Shown: positions 26,385 to 42,916 of the stretch, one piece after another
Position numbering within the stretch: the stretch's first letter is position 1
Layout of the letters: every line of letters begins with the position of its first letter
Source of the DNA: the human T2T-CHM13v2.0 reference genome, Homo sapiens
Direction: 5' to 3' (one strand)
Length of the DNA stretch: 64,000 nucleotides
Assembly (NCBI RefSeq): GCF_009914755.1
Contig: NC_060928.1
Translations under genes and position numbers: made by a program
The notes under the pieces: generated by a model
Seen by the model: only the letters and a program-made list of their open reading frames with translations
Databases searched by the model: none
Told to the model about the DNA's origin: nothing

Positions 26385-26680
26385 AGCATTGAAGGGTTAA
26401 TTTACGTTTAAACTGGAGACGAGAAGTCTTGGGTAGGATAAGTTATTTGCCTTCAAATATATGAAGAAGTGACACATTTAACATAAATAAATAAATACAT
26501 AAATAAATAAATTTAAGTGACTGGTTTTCTTTGTTCTTCCAGAAGACTAATCTGGGATAGGTATATATAAATTATAATGAAGATAATTTATAATAACTGG
26601 AACAGTTCAACAATAAATTGTCTGCCTTATGAAGGGCTGTGTTCCTTCTTTCTAGGTGATATTCATGTCAAGGCTGAGGC
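26385..26680 (+). mobile_element. L3/CR1 3' relic with an (AAAT)n tract
   Basis: TTTAAACTGGAGACGAGAAGTCTTGG..CCTTCAAATATATGAAG and CAATAAATTGTCTGCCTTATGAAG resemble the CR1 ORF2 end. Confidence 0.5.
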
Positions 26681-27809
26681 CCAGCCTGGCACTGATTCAT
26701 TATTATTATTAGTTTTTGGCTAGAGCTGTTTTATCTTTGAGCACAGGGAAGATGCGATGTATGATGACTGCCACTGTATTCATTTTTATGCCCTTTATCT
26801 GCATGAAACATTTAATTCAAATAGCTAAATTGAAAAAGCAAAAGTCAAGTGAAAAACAAATATAGTAAATCTCTCCTCATGTTAGAGAATTATTGTCAAA
26901 TATAGAGAGGATCCCAAATGGGGTTAAGAGGGTGAACTAGGTTTGGGCTCCCAAAATTTGGTCCCCCCACCTCCAAAAAAACCTGTAGCTCCTTGAAAGA
27001 TTGCTAGGTATTTTACAAGAAACCAATTGCATCCCATGGTCCAATTCAGATTTGGGAAATGTAATAATTGAAGAAAGGTATAAATCATTTCTTTATTGCT
27101 GAAGTTATGAAAGTCATTAACATGTAAAGGAAAATATGAATCCTTGAAGGGGGGCACAGAAAGGCAATTTTATCAAATGATTTTTTAAAATTTTTTAACC
27201 TTTCTTGAGGAATTCCTTTAACAATTTTTGACACTCTAGTTCCATGCAATGAAATCCGGGAGGTTATGAATAAGTTTAAAATGTGATGTTTATTGTGACA
27301 TATGAGAACATATGACAGCAGGTGGTGACTGAATTCATCTGGGAGACAGAACATTGATGAAGTTTTTAATTCTAAGAGAAAACCAGAGTGAAGATAATTC
27401 ATCTCTAACAACAAAATTATTTGTCTCTGGAAGTATGGATAAAGCTGTAAATCAAGCACAGAATCCAACATTCAAATATCAAAAAAAAAAAAAAATAGAA
27501 ATTATGTCTAATGACAGGCCAAAGTGAGATTAACTGAATTGAATGAGGCTGAGACACAGGACCAAAGGCAAGGAGTTGAGACACATTGCTTAGAAGTGTT
27601 GATGATATTTGTGTTTTGTTGCTATGGGTCAGTTGTGACATATTACAAGGCTGACAGTATTGAAAGATCAAAGTGGAGTAGGCAAATGGTTAGAATTAGA
27701 GAGCCCTAATCACAAGGAACATGGTCCCAATCAAGTCTAGGAACCACTGAAATGTTCTAGTACCAGAACTCATTAAGGTGTGATGAAAAACAGGCCTTGG
27801 TTCTTGACA

Positions 27810-28258
27810 ACCTAGGTCGGTGTTTAAATTTAGGTCAAGATCTCCAGAAAACATACTCTGAGACAGTGGTTTGTGTGCAGGAATTTTTCTGCAGAGTACT
27901 CTCTGGATCAGAAGAAGAAATTGTGTCCTAGTTCTGTTTCATCTCAGAGATGAACAAAGGCCTTGACAAATTCCACATTGCACTAAGAATTCTAGAGTTG
28001 GTTTGGCTTTCAGTTTTTCCCCACCTTGAGATAAAGGGATCAATCTTCTATACCCCTTTATGACAAGTCATAGGATATGAGGTGCCTGCAGAGGGAGGTG
28101 TGACATTAGGTTAAATGGCTCTCTTTGGTTGAGGGTAATTCTTGGAAATCAACTCATCTGTGAGCTGCGGAATAAGTTGGTTACCAACAGCTTGGGAAAT
28201 GAGTGCCTCATTATGGAAAGAAGGCTCTGGATAATGCAAAAGAGCATCATCCACTAAA
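27810..28258 (-). mobile_element. Ancient ERVL-class LTR (LTR16/LTR33-like)
   Basis: CTCCAGAAAACATACTCTGAGACAGTGGTTTGTGTGCAGGAATTT resembles the antisense LTR16/33 3' end. Confidence 0.45.
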
Positions 28259-28782
28259 TATGGCCAATGTGCACATTATGGAAATAAAGTTTTAGGCAAG
28301 AAGAATCTCTTTTTAGCTTTTTATGGCAGGTAGGTGCCCTGTGAATACACAAAAAGCATCATATCTAAAAGCAATTCCAAGAACAGAACCATGTGATATT
28401 CCAGGGAATACACTCAGGTTTTCTTCACCCAGTTGTCTTCACTTCTAACTTTTTTTAAAAAAATTTATCTATATAGTTTATACAATGTATACAATTTTAT
28501 GATAAAAAAGACCTTAAGAGTGTTTGTTGATGTCAGATAATTATTAATCACTAAGTTTTCATAGATTTACTACATTAAGTATATTACCCACAAGTAGCAA
28601 TAGTTTTATGTATAGAAAATTATAAATTATACAGTGAAAAAATAAGAAGAGTAAATTTCAGAGAAGTAGAAGATTGAATTAACACTGTAGGTTCCAGGCT
28701 CTTTTAATGTGTATTTTAGGCAACTTAATCAAATTTTAGGGCCACAACACTTGTCCATCAAGTATCATTGTTGCAGAATTTG

Positions 28783-29116
28783 TGCTATGGGTTGAGTGTG
28801 TCCCCTCAGATACTCAGGTATTATCAATGTGACAGTGTTAAAAGGCGGGGCCTTTAATAAGTGATTATACTATGAAGACTCCTTCCTCTTGAATGGGATT
28901 TGGTGCCCTTATAAAAAAGCTTAACAGAGGGAGTTGATTCCCTCTTGCCTTTACCCCTCTCACCGTGTAGGGACGCAGCAAAGAAGCCCTCACCAGATGC
29001 TGGCCCCTTGATAGTGGACTTTGCAGCCACCAGAGGAATAAGAAATAAATTTCTGTTCTTTATAAATTACTCAATTTCAGGAATTTTGTTTTAGCAACAC
29101 AAGATAGACTAAGACA
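28783..29116 (+). mobile_element. MLT1A/MSTD-type MaLR solo LTR
   Basis: TGCTATGG...AGAAATAAATTTCTGTTCTTTATAAATTAC...GACTAAGACA; TSD ATTTG/CTTTG. Confidence 0.85.
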
Positions 29117-29139
29117 CTTTGTAAAATATTAATAATAAA

Positions 29140-29600
29140 GTTAATGATAAAAATCATAAGAATAGTAAACTTGTATTGGACATGCATGTGCCAGGCCTTT
29201 CATGTATATTCTCATTTAATCCCATTTTATCATTGAGGAAATGCAGATTGGGGCTTAAATATAGCATAGTGGTTAGGAGTGTGAAACCTAGAATTATACT
29301 GTTGGGTTCAAATACTGACTCTGCTCTCTACCTTGGGTAAATTACATATTCTCACCACGATCAACTTTCCACCTCTGCAGAATGGAAATCTGAATGCTAT
29401 CTACTAGGATTGTTTTGAGTATTATCTAAGCCAAGTGCCTAAAAACGTGGCTGTCACCGATGGGATCAAACAAATATTAGCTAATAATAAGTAATATAAA
29501 TATATAAATGTACGTTTTCTAATGTCATAAGGTCATATAGTTAATGGGTTAAGGAGCTGAGACTTGAATCTTGGAAGGCTAACCACAATATATATGACTA
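29140..29600. mobile_element. Nested or adjacent MIR relics
   Basis: CTCATTTAATCCCATTTTATCATTGAGGAAA and GCATAGTGGTTAGGAG..GGGTTCAAATACTGACTCTGC..CCTTGGGTAAATTAC. Confidence 0.6.
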
Positions 29601-32284
29601 GAACAATTATTCTAAATATTACATGACTATGCATTATTATTAAATGATAAGAGCTTATAAAAAGGCATATAACAGGAAGTTCTATTATAATAATAATTTT
29701 GAAAATAGTTTCCTGACTTCTTTGAGACTTTATACAGTGCTGGCTAAAACCATGGTTTTTCCAGGTATCCTTCCTGAGTCCAGGTCCCAATATATCAGAT
29801 CTCAGTTTGCTCTTTCACATCATGGAAATAATTATAAGACCCACCTCATACTGTAAGGATTAACTAAATCAGGTAGAACATGCAAAATTCTATGCTTACT
29901 TATTGATTAAAGTAGTCACACACATCATCATGAGATAATTCCTTATATTGGCAAGAGGTCTGGTACCAAAGAGGAGACAGAATGTATTGTACCACACTAT
30001 GTGCTCTCTGAGTTGTTTGTTTGTTTGTTTTTCTTCATTGATTATTACAGCGACACTGTGAACAAACTATTTGCCATTTTATTAAGTAAAAAATGGTGAA
30101 ATAGCAGTTTTATGTTATTCAAACCAATCTGTAACTCCTTGCAGGTAAAGAAATAGGCTGAGTGAATTTATGTGGCCTCTATGCCTTGCCATTAATAGAG
30201 GGTGGCTGAGGCAGGAGTACCTTTCAGCTTTGACATCTTCTTTCCATGTCTGTTTTCAAAAGCACAGTTAACATCTTTGCTTCCAGAGGAGGCATAGCAG
30301 TGAAACTTCTTTGTTCTAAAATCATCTGAAACACAAACTCTAATTCTTGCAAAGAAAACTTGCTGAAAAAAATTTTTTTCTACTATTTTAAATAAAATAC
30401 CCTACAGTTATTCTATCCCTGCTTTTCAATATGTTTTAGATCATCACTTCACATTCTTGAGTTAAATTGTATTGTTTGGCAGCTTACTGAGCATTTGAAG
30501 AAAGGCTGAGGCGAAATTTGAGCTTTGTCTTTCCACAGACCTTCCAGTGCAATCAGAAATACAAACCTTATTTGCTTTCTATATGCCCTGCTACATCGCA
30601 AAACCACATCCCTGGGTCCAATTAGAATTCCTCAGCCTACATTGCGCAGGTTACCGTACTGAGCATCATATTGTTTGTGGAGAAATCTCTCACCTTTATG
30701 ATCTCCTTCATTTCTGCCTAATCGTCTAAGACAAGAATAGCACGCTGTGCCTAAGGGGGAAATTTTCCATTACTACTGGAAAGATAAATGGTAGGAAGCA
30801 AAATGAACCAGGCTCATTACAACCTTACCAAAAAAAAAAGCAAATTGGTCTCCAAAAATGATAGAATAGGGCTGACATTTTTAACACTTTTTCTTTGAAT
30901 TGTGGCATTTTATATCAAGGTTTTCATAATGTACAATATAAACACTTACAGACATTTGGAATAACGCATGATGCTTAATATGTTTTCCCTGGAATTGTAC
31001 CACCCTTCAGAAAATGTCAACTATTTTTTTAACCGATGCTGAGAAAACGTGAACAGAAAGATTATATTTAAGGAAGTATAATGATCATTTAGTTTGCAGT
31101 AGCTGTGTTTTTAATCGGTATAATAATGGCTGTAATGTCACTTGATAAGCTGTGAAAATGCCCCAATTTCTAAGAATGGTTAAAGGCAGACAGCTCATTT
31201 GATGCTTTAAATATCTGATGAGCCAGTAGATGACAGAACTGAAGGGAAGATTGATTTTTCAGAACCAAATACAGTCTACAATAATAAGCCAATTTCTTGC
31301 TAGTGATTCATTTGCAGAAGCAATTTCTAAACATATTTTCATTAGCTGCAATGAACATTCTCAAGGTTTCACATCTTTGACATCAACTTGATGGGATGCT
31401 AATTCACTAATTGAGACGGGTATTTTATGAGTGGAAAGCATGGTAGTTATGGATGATCAAGTGTGATTCCTACATAGATAAAATCTATTATTCACATGAA
31501 GCATATGAACTTAAAGGATGCATGTATAAAGGAGGCTGAACTTGGTTCCACAACAAACTGGGCAGAATGAATGAAACTACATTTAACTCTCTAATTGAAT
31601 GAGGATGCATGCAAGCCCTGGGCTCAGAGGATGACCTAATTAGTTGAGATGCTTTTACTCCAAGTGACCCAGATGTTGAAGGACACTGGCCTTCTCTTGT
31701 GCAGAACAATGAAATATCTATTATTATGCTAGAAACTAATGCTGGGCCTTATATTATTCAGAGATATACTGGTAATTATATTATCAATATAAAGATAGAT
31801 AGATATAATATATGTATCAATACATGCAGTATGACAGAAAGTCAACATATTAGATAAAATTTGAGACTCTAAGAGATGAATAAGTCTATAAGAGTAAGCT
31901 ACTCTTAACATATTTTGGTTTAGCAGATCCAGAATAATGCATTCAAGACTCTATCTGCCCACCTCTTTTTGCCATCTTGCTTGGTTTGCAAGGGGTAATA
32001 GAAAATGCATACTACAAAAAAAGCACACTCATAATAGTAAGGTAAGATCCTCAGGCTCAATTCCAACCTGGATCACCATCCTGGTGAGTGGGGCTGGAAA
32101 GTTGACAGGGCTTGGTAGAATTTCCATGGCATCTCTGGTACCTTATATTTTATTTTGCTAGGAGAAACAAAGAAATCTCTCAAGCAAATGGTAGAATTTA
32201 CATAGTGAAAAAAGAGAAGACATGAAAAGAAAAAATTATAAGCCCCTTACTGGGTTCTTGATCTTAGTATTTTTGACTGTTCAC

Positions 32285-33350
32285 TGATTTCCAGTGATAG
32301 GGAGCTCATTACCTCCCAAGACAGCCATTCTAACTTTCAATAGCTCTCTAAGTTCAAACTATTACTCTGTGGTCATGGACTCTATTGAAAAAGTCAAATG
32401 TCTCTTTGTTGGGTTGACTATTCAAGTATAGTCAGAGCTCTTTAAGCTAGTTTTCCTCTCCAGGTCAAATATTCCCAGTTTCTCACAAAACTTCATGATG
32501 ATTTATGTCTTTATGGTCTGTTTTTTGCTCCATTTTCAAGAAGTTCAATTCTGATGTAACGGGATTTTGTCAAATATTCCATTGTCCATCATGAAACCTT
32601 GTCTTTAGGATAAAAATTATTAGCCAGAGTTCTACCGATTCTATTCCTCAAAGTTATGGGAGTGATGAGGAGAGAGTGTGTATTATTGAAAGACTTTAAA
32701 CAGTTCTAGATTTTAGTTGGAAAGGCAATGTACCATAATAATAAAACTAGCAATAACAATAATGAAAGCAATAACATTTACTGTGTACTTATTCTGAAAC
32801 TATATTGAGCAGATTAATTTTAATTAGAGTCAACTAGTTTAACTTGCACTGTAATTCTATTTCCAATTTTATGGATGAGGACACTAGAGTTTAGAAAGGT
32901 CAAGTACCTTGCAAAAGATTACACAGTTATAAGTCACAGAGATGAGGTCAAAGCAGAAATCTATTTGAGTCTCAACTACTACACAATGTTTTTCCAACAC
33001 ACATAAACACACATACACACATACCTGCACATATACAATTATTTGCAAATATCATATACTCTTCTTAACTATTTTAACCCTTGAAAAGGTAGGCTAGTTT
33101 CACAAACACTGCTTTTCTCATTGGGTAGATTTTATATGAACTGGATTTACTGAATTAGTTGTTTTGAATTCCAACTCTGAAGCCTACTGTGTTTATCTTC
33201 AGGCAGTTATTTAAAAATTGTCGAGTCTCAGTGGCTTCAAATGTAAACTATAATGTCTCAGATATATTTGCAGATATTTATTATCGTAATTAAATGAGAA
33301 AAAAATAACAAGACATTCAACACAAGATTCAAAATAAAAATGATCAGGTA
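32285..33350. mobile_element. L3/CR1 relic (~32285-32485) followed by two MIR relics
   Basis: TTCCAGTGATAGGGAGCTCATTACCTCCCAAGACAGCC (antisense CR1); TTTTATGGATGAGGACACTAGAG..GGTCAAGTACCTTGC (MIR). Confidence 0.55.
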
Positions 33351-33513
33351 ATGACCCCAAATTGCTGTCCACATTCCTGGTAGACTCTCTTACCTTGTCA
33401 TTTAAAAATAAAAGTGTGTTTCTAATCCTACTTTACTAACTAATTTATGTTGAGGGATCCAGTTATCCATATTTCCCTTCAGAGTCTGCCAATATCCTGA
33501 CATCCTCAAAGCC

Positions 33514-33905
33514 TGCTGTGGTTTTAACATCTCCTGCAAAACTCATGTTGGAATATAACTGCCAGTGTAATGGTGTTGAGAGGAACAACCTTCAAGAGGT
33601 CATGAGGTCATAAGGGCTTTGCCCTCATGAATGGATTAGTGCTGTTATTTTAGAAGTGGGTTAGTTTTTGCAGGGATTGGCCCTTGCTTAAAAAATAAAT
33701 TTGGCTGCCAGCCTTTCTCTCTGTCTCTGTGCCTGTTCCCACCCTTCTGCCATAAAATAATGAAGCAAGAAGGCCCTCACCAGATGCTGGTGCCACACTC
33801 TTGGACTTCCCAGATTTGAGAAAAGGTAGCCAAATAAATTTATTTTCTTTATAAATTACCCAATCTGAAGTATTCTGTTATAGCAGAAGAAAATAGACTA
33901 AGACA
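33514..33905 (+). mobile_element. MSTC/MSTD-type MaLR solo LTR
   Basis: TGCTGTGGTTTTAA..AAAACTCATGTTG...AATAAATTTATTTTCTTTATAAATTACCCA..GACTAAGACA. Confidence 0.85.
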
Positions 33906-34943
33906 GGGCCCTAACCCATATTTTTCCTGGACCCACTCACAGTTCCAGCCTTACACAACATGTGGTCAGCTGCTCACCAGCAAGCACTGTAGTATGTGAG
34001 TCCCTATGAAGCAGTGAATCTATTGAGCTAACACCAACATCAGTCATGAAAATAAAGTCAGAGTTCATAACTCTATGGAATAATCTTATTCTAGTTTTAC
34101 TGAAACAAACCAACGACAAAGCACTGGAGATGGGTATTCTTGGCATGGAAAGAATGTGAGAACTACAGGAGACATTCTAGAATGTCTGAGGAAAACAGAG
34201 AGACACCTCTGTTGTGATTGGATTGAGTCAAAGTTCAATGCTTGTCAAATAAATTAAAATAATAAAATGCAGTTTATTCTAAATTTCCAGGTCACTAAAA
34301 ACTTTGAATGAGGGAAGAATTACAAAGTGTCAGAGATAAAAGAGAGGCTGAATGCACAGATACACACTTCCATTTTTTTTCTCATGGTCTTATTGTACTT
34401 ATCAACACAAATCACACAGTGGTGCCAGCTCAGTCTTTTATCCAGCTCCCAGCTTGCAGCTGACCCTTTCTTAAATTGTCATGGACTGCTTAAAAATTAT
34501 TAAGGAAATCTAGGTCACTCAGGTGTGTGGCCTGCTTGGTGTGAAAAAAACTACAATGAAAAAGGAATCTTATAATTTTAAAGGTTACAAAATGCCTTTT
34601 AATGTTCTCTACATCCTTTAGTGCCACATTTTATTTGAAGTAAAATAAAAACAGAAGACTTGGGATGACACCTCATTTAACTCAGTCAAATTTGACATCT
34701 GTTTTATTAAATGTTTACTATTTGGCAGGAATTGGAGTAAGAATCCTAACAAGATTTAGGTGACTTCAAACTATTCGGGAAAAGAGAAAAACTTGTGTTG
34801 TGATTGGTACTATAATTTTGGTGTTCTCAGACTGCTTTGAAGGAAAAAGGGTCATTAAACATTCTAGGAATAGGCAAAAGGAGGCTCATAAAAATGGGAT
34901 ACGTGAACCAGAATACAAAAGTATTGGTGAATTTGGCTTACAG

Positions 34944-35987
34944 GCTATGGTAAACTGAATAAAACGCTCATTTCCTGAAATATGACCATGTCTTAATCTC
35001 TGGAACCTGGGAATGTAACATTATGTGGCAAAAAGGACTTTGCAGATGTGATTAAGTATCTTGATCTGTGTTGGCCTAATGTAATCATAATTGTCTTTAC
35101 AAGGGGAACGCATCAGAAATCAGCCTCAGAAGAGAAGGCAATGTGATGATGAAAGCGGGTGTCAGAGTGACGCTCTCTGAAGCTGGAGAAAGGGCCTAAG
35201 AGCCCAGGAAACAGGCAGCTTCACCAGAAGATCACAAAAGCCAAGAAAATCCATTCTCCCCTCAGGGCCTTTGGAAAACAACAACAAACTAGCAATGATG
35301 ACACATTGACTTTCCACTGGTAAAACTTATTTCAGATTTCTGACCTCCAGAATTAAAAAAACAAAAAAGAAATTCATTGTATTAGAGTTCTCTAGAGGGA
35401 CACAACTAATAGGATAGACGTATACATAAAAGGGAGTTTGTTAAGGAGAATTGACTGACACAATCACAAAATGAAATCCCACAATAGGCCATCTGCCAGC
35501 TGAGGTGCAAGGAAACCAGTCGAGTCCCAAAACCTCAAAAGTAGGGAAACCGACAGTGCAGCCTTCAGTCTGTGACCTAAGGGCCAATAGCCCCTGGAAA
35601 GCCACTGGTGTAAGTACAAGAGCCCAAAAGCTGAAGAACTTGGAGTCCGATGTTCGAGGGCAGGAAGCATCCAGCATGGGAGAAAGATGTAGACTGGAAG
35701 ACTCAGGCAGTCTAGTCCTTCCATCCTCCTCTGCCTGTTTTTATCCTGGCTGCACTGGCAGCTGATTAGGTGGTGCCTGCCAAGATTGAGGGTGGGTCTG
35801 CCTCTCCCAGTCCACTGACTCAAATGTTAATCTCCTTTGGCAATGCCCTCACAGACACACCCAGGAACAATAGTTTGTAATCTTCAATTCAATCAAGTTA
35901 ACCCCCAATATTAACCATCACATTCATGTTCTGTTAAGCCACTTAGTTCATAGTAATTTGTTACAGCAACTAAAATAAACTAATGCA
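34944..35987 (+). mobile_element. MLT1D-like LTR split by MLT2A
   Basis: TAATCTCTGGAACCTG..GGCAAAAAGGACTTTGCAGATGTGATTAAG; 3' end TTAAGCCACT..GTAATTTGTTACAGCA..AACTAATGCA resumes after 35922. Confidence 0.8.
35378..35922 (-). mobile_element. MLT2A solo LTR
   Basis: TGTATTAG...TTAACCATCACA, perfect TSD TTCAT (35373-35377, 35923-35927); paralogous to 1112-1660. Confidence 0.9.
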
Positions 35988-36375
35988 AAGTATTGAATGA
36001 CAACTCACTCTAATGAGATTTGTTCCAGTAGTTTCATGCAGATCATACTTGGATATGTTAGAGAGACCATTACTTACTGCAATCTAAATGTTTGTTGTCT
36101 TATACTAAAAAGTCCCACTACAGTTTGTTTAGACATTTCAGCTCAGCAGTTTTCTTCTTACAAGATTTTCCTTTATAGGTATCATTGAAAACACAAGTTT
36201 GCACTTTACCATGCCTCTTTATTTTATTTGGAGGGAAAACAATATTGCAAGATGATAATAGCTAGAGTGTGAAAGATTTGTTTTATTTTTTCTAGTGCTT
36301 CCAATTCTTCTTTTAAAGTATGAATGAATCCACCTCTCCAGAGAAAAATTTAAGAACTAAAGAATAACTTATGCA

Positions 36376-36815
<440 letters not shown>

Positions 36816-37086
36816 TCAACCATTGTGGAAGACAGCATGGTGATTCCTCAGGGATCTAGAACTAGAAATACCATTTGACCCAGCCATCCCATTACTGGGT
36901 ATATACCCAAAGGATTATAAATCATGCTACTATAAAGGCACACGCACACGTATGTTTATAGAGGCACTATTCACAATAGCAAAGACTTGGAACCAACCCA
37001 AATGTCCAACAATGATAGACTGGATTAAGAAAATGTGGCACATATACACCATGGAATACTATGCAGCCATGAAAACGGATGAGTTC

Positions 37087-37978
37087 GGTGGAGGAGCCAA
37101 GATGGCCGAAAAGGAACAGCTCTGGTCTACAGCTCCCCGGGAGAGTAACGCAGAAGATGGGTGATTTCTGCATTTCCATCTGAGGTACCAGGTTCATCTC
37201 ACTAGGGAGTGCCAGACAGTGGGCGCAGGTCAGTGGGTGCGCACACCGTGCACGAGCTGAAGCAGGGTGAGGCATTGCCTCACTCGGGAAGTGCAAGGGG
37301 TCAGGGAGATCCCTTTCCTAGTCAGATGGCACCTGGAAAATCGAGTCACTCCCACCCTAATACTGCGCTTTTCCGACAGGCTTAAAAAACGGCACACCGG
37401 GAGATTATATCCTGCACCTGGCTCGGAGGGCCCTATGCCCACGGAGTCTCGCTGATTGCTAGAACAGCAGTCTGAGATCAAACTGCAAGGTGGTAGTGAG
37501 GCTGGGAGAGGGGTGCCTGCCATTGCCCAGGCTTGATTAGGTAAACAAAGCAGCCAGGAAGCTCGAACTGGGTGGAGCCCACCACAGCTCAAGGAGGCCT
37601 GCCTGCCTCTGTAGGCTCCACCTCTGGGGGCAGGGCACAGACAAACAAAAAGACAGCAGTAACCTCTGCAGACTTAAATGTCCCTGTCTGACAGCTTTGA
37701 AGACAGCAGTGGTTCTCCCAGCACACAGCTAGAGATCTGAGAACGGGCAGACTGCCTCCTCAAGTGGGTCCCTGACCTCTGACCCCCGAACAGCCTAACT
37801 GGGAGGCACCCCCCAGCAGGGGCACACTGACACCTCACATGGCAGGATACTCCAACAGACCTGCAGCTGAGGGTCCTCTCTGTTAGAAGGAAAACTAACA
37901 AACAGAAAGGACATCCACACCAAAAACCCATCTGTACATCACCATCATCAAAGACCAAAAGTAGATAAAACCACAAAG
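37087..37978. promoter_or_regulatory. L1 5' UTR internal sense and antisense promoter
   Basis: Intact YY1 motif CAAGATGGCCG at 37098-37108; CpG-rich relative to the window; established L1 5' UTR architecture. Confidence 0.75.
37230..37523 (-). CDS. L1 ORF0 (antisense), open for 97 aa
   Basis: MAGTPLPASLPPCSLISDCCSSNQRDSVG...RVGVTRFSRC; ATG in GCAATGG context; no internal stop. Confidence 0.6.
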   Translation of the reverse strand: MAGTPLPASLPPCSLISDCCSSNQRDSVGIGPSEPGAGYNLPVCRFLSLSEKRSIRVGVTRFSRCHLTRKGISLTPCTSRVRQCLTLLQLVHGVRTH

Positions 37979-38995
37979 ATGGGGAAAAAACAGAACAGAA
38001 AAACTGGAAACTCTAAAAAGCAGAGCACCTCTCCTCCTCCAAAGGAACGCAGTTACTCACCAGCAACGGAACAAAGCTGGATGGAGAACGACTTTGATGA
38101 GCTGAGAGAAGAAGGCTTCAGACGATCAAATTACTCTGAGCTACGGGAGGACATTCAAACCAAAGGCAAAGAAGTTGAAAACTTTGAAAAAAATTTAGAA
38201 GATTGTATAACTAGAATAACCAACACAGAGAAGTGCTTAAAGGAGCTGATGGAGCTGTAAACCAAGGCTCGAGAACCACATGAAGAATGCAGAAGCCTCA
38301 GGAGCCGATGCGATCAACTGGAAGAAACGACATCAGCGATGGAAGATGAAATGAATGAAATGAAGCAAGAAGGGAAGTTTAGAGAAAAAAGAATAAAAAG
38401 AAACGAGCGAAGCCCACAAGAAATATGGGACTATGTGAAAAGACCAAATCTACGTCTGATTGGTGTACCTGAAAGTGACGGGGAGAATGGAACCAAGTTG
38501 GAAAACACTCTGCAGGTTATTATCCAGGAGAACTTCCCCAATCTAGCAAGGCAGGCCAACATTCAGATTCAGGAAATACAGAGAACGCCACAAAGATAAT
38601 CCTCGAGAAGAGCAACACCAAGACACATAATTGTCAGATTCACCAAAGTTGACATGAAGGAAAAAATGCTAAGGGCAGCCAGAGAGAAAGGTCGGGTTAC
38701 CCTCAAAGGGAAGCCCATCAGACTAATAGCAGATCTCTCAGCAGAAACTCTACAAGCCAGAAGAGAGTGAGGGCCAATATTGAACATCCTTGAAGAAAAG
38801 AATTTTCAACCCAGAATTTCATATCCAGCCAAACTAAGCTTCATAAGTGAAGGAGAAATAAAACACTTTACAGACAAGCAAATGCTGAGAGATTTTGTCA
38901 CCACCAGGCCTGCCCTAAAACAGCTCCTGAAGGAAGCGCTAAACACGGAAAGGAAAAACCGGTACCAGCCACTGCAAAATCATGCCAAAATGTAA
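37979..38995 (+). pseudogene. L1 ORF1p, disrupted
   Basis: MGKKQNRKTGNSK...NHAKM; in-frame stops at 38258-38260, 38597-38599 and 38768-38770. Confidence 0.95.
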
Positions 38996-39058
38996 AGACC
39001 ATCGAGACTAGGAAGAAACTGCATCAACTAACGAGCAAAATAACCAGCTAACATCATA

Positions 39059-42916
<3,858 letters not shown>

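Noticed and set aside
1112-35922. The two MLT2A LTRs as the ends of one provirus or a segmental duplication
   Set aside because: Each has its own perfect and different TSD (TTGCT versus TTCAT), so they are independent solo LTRs
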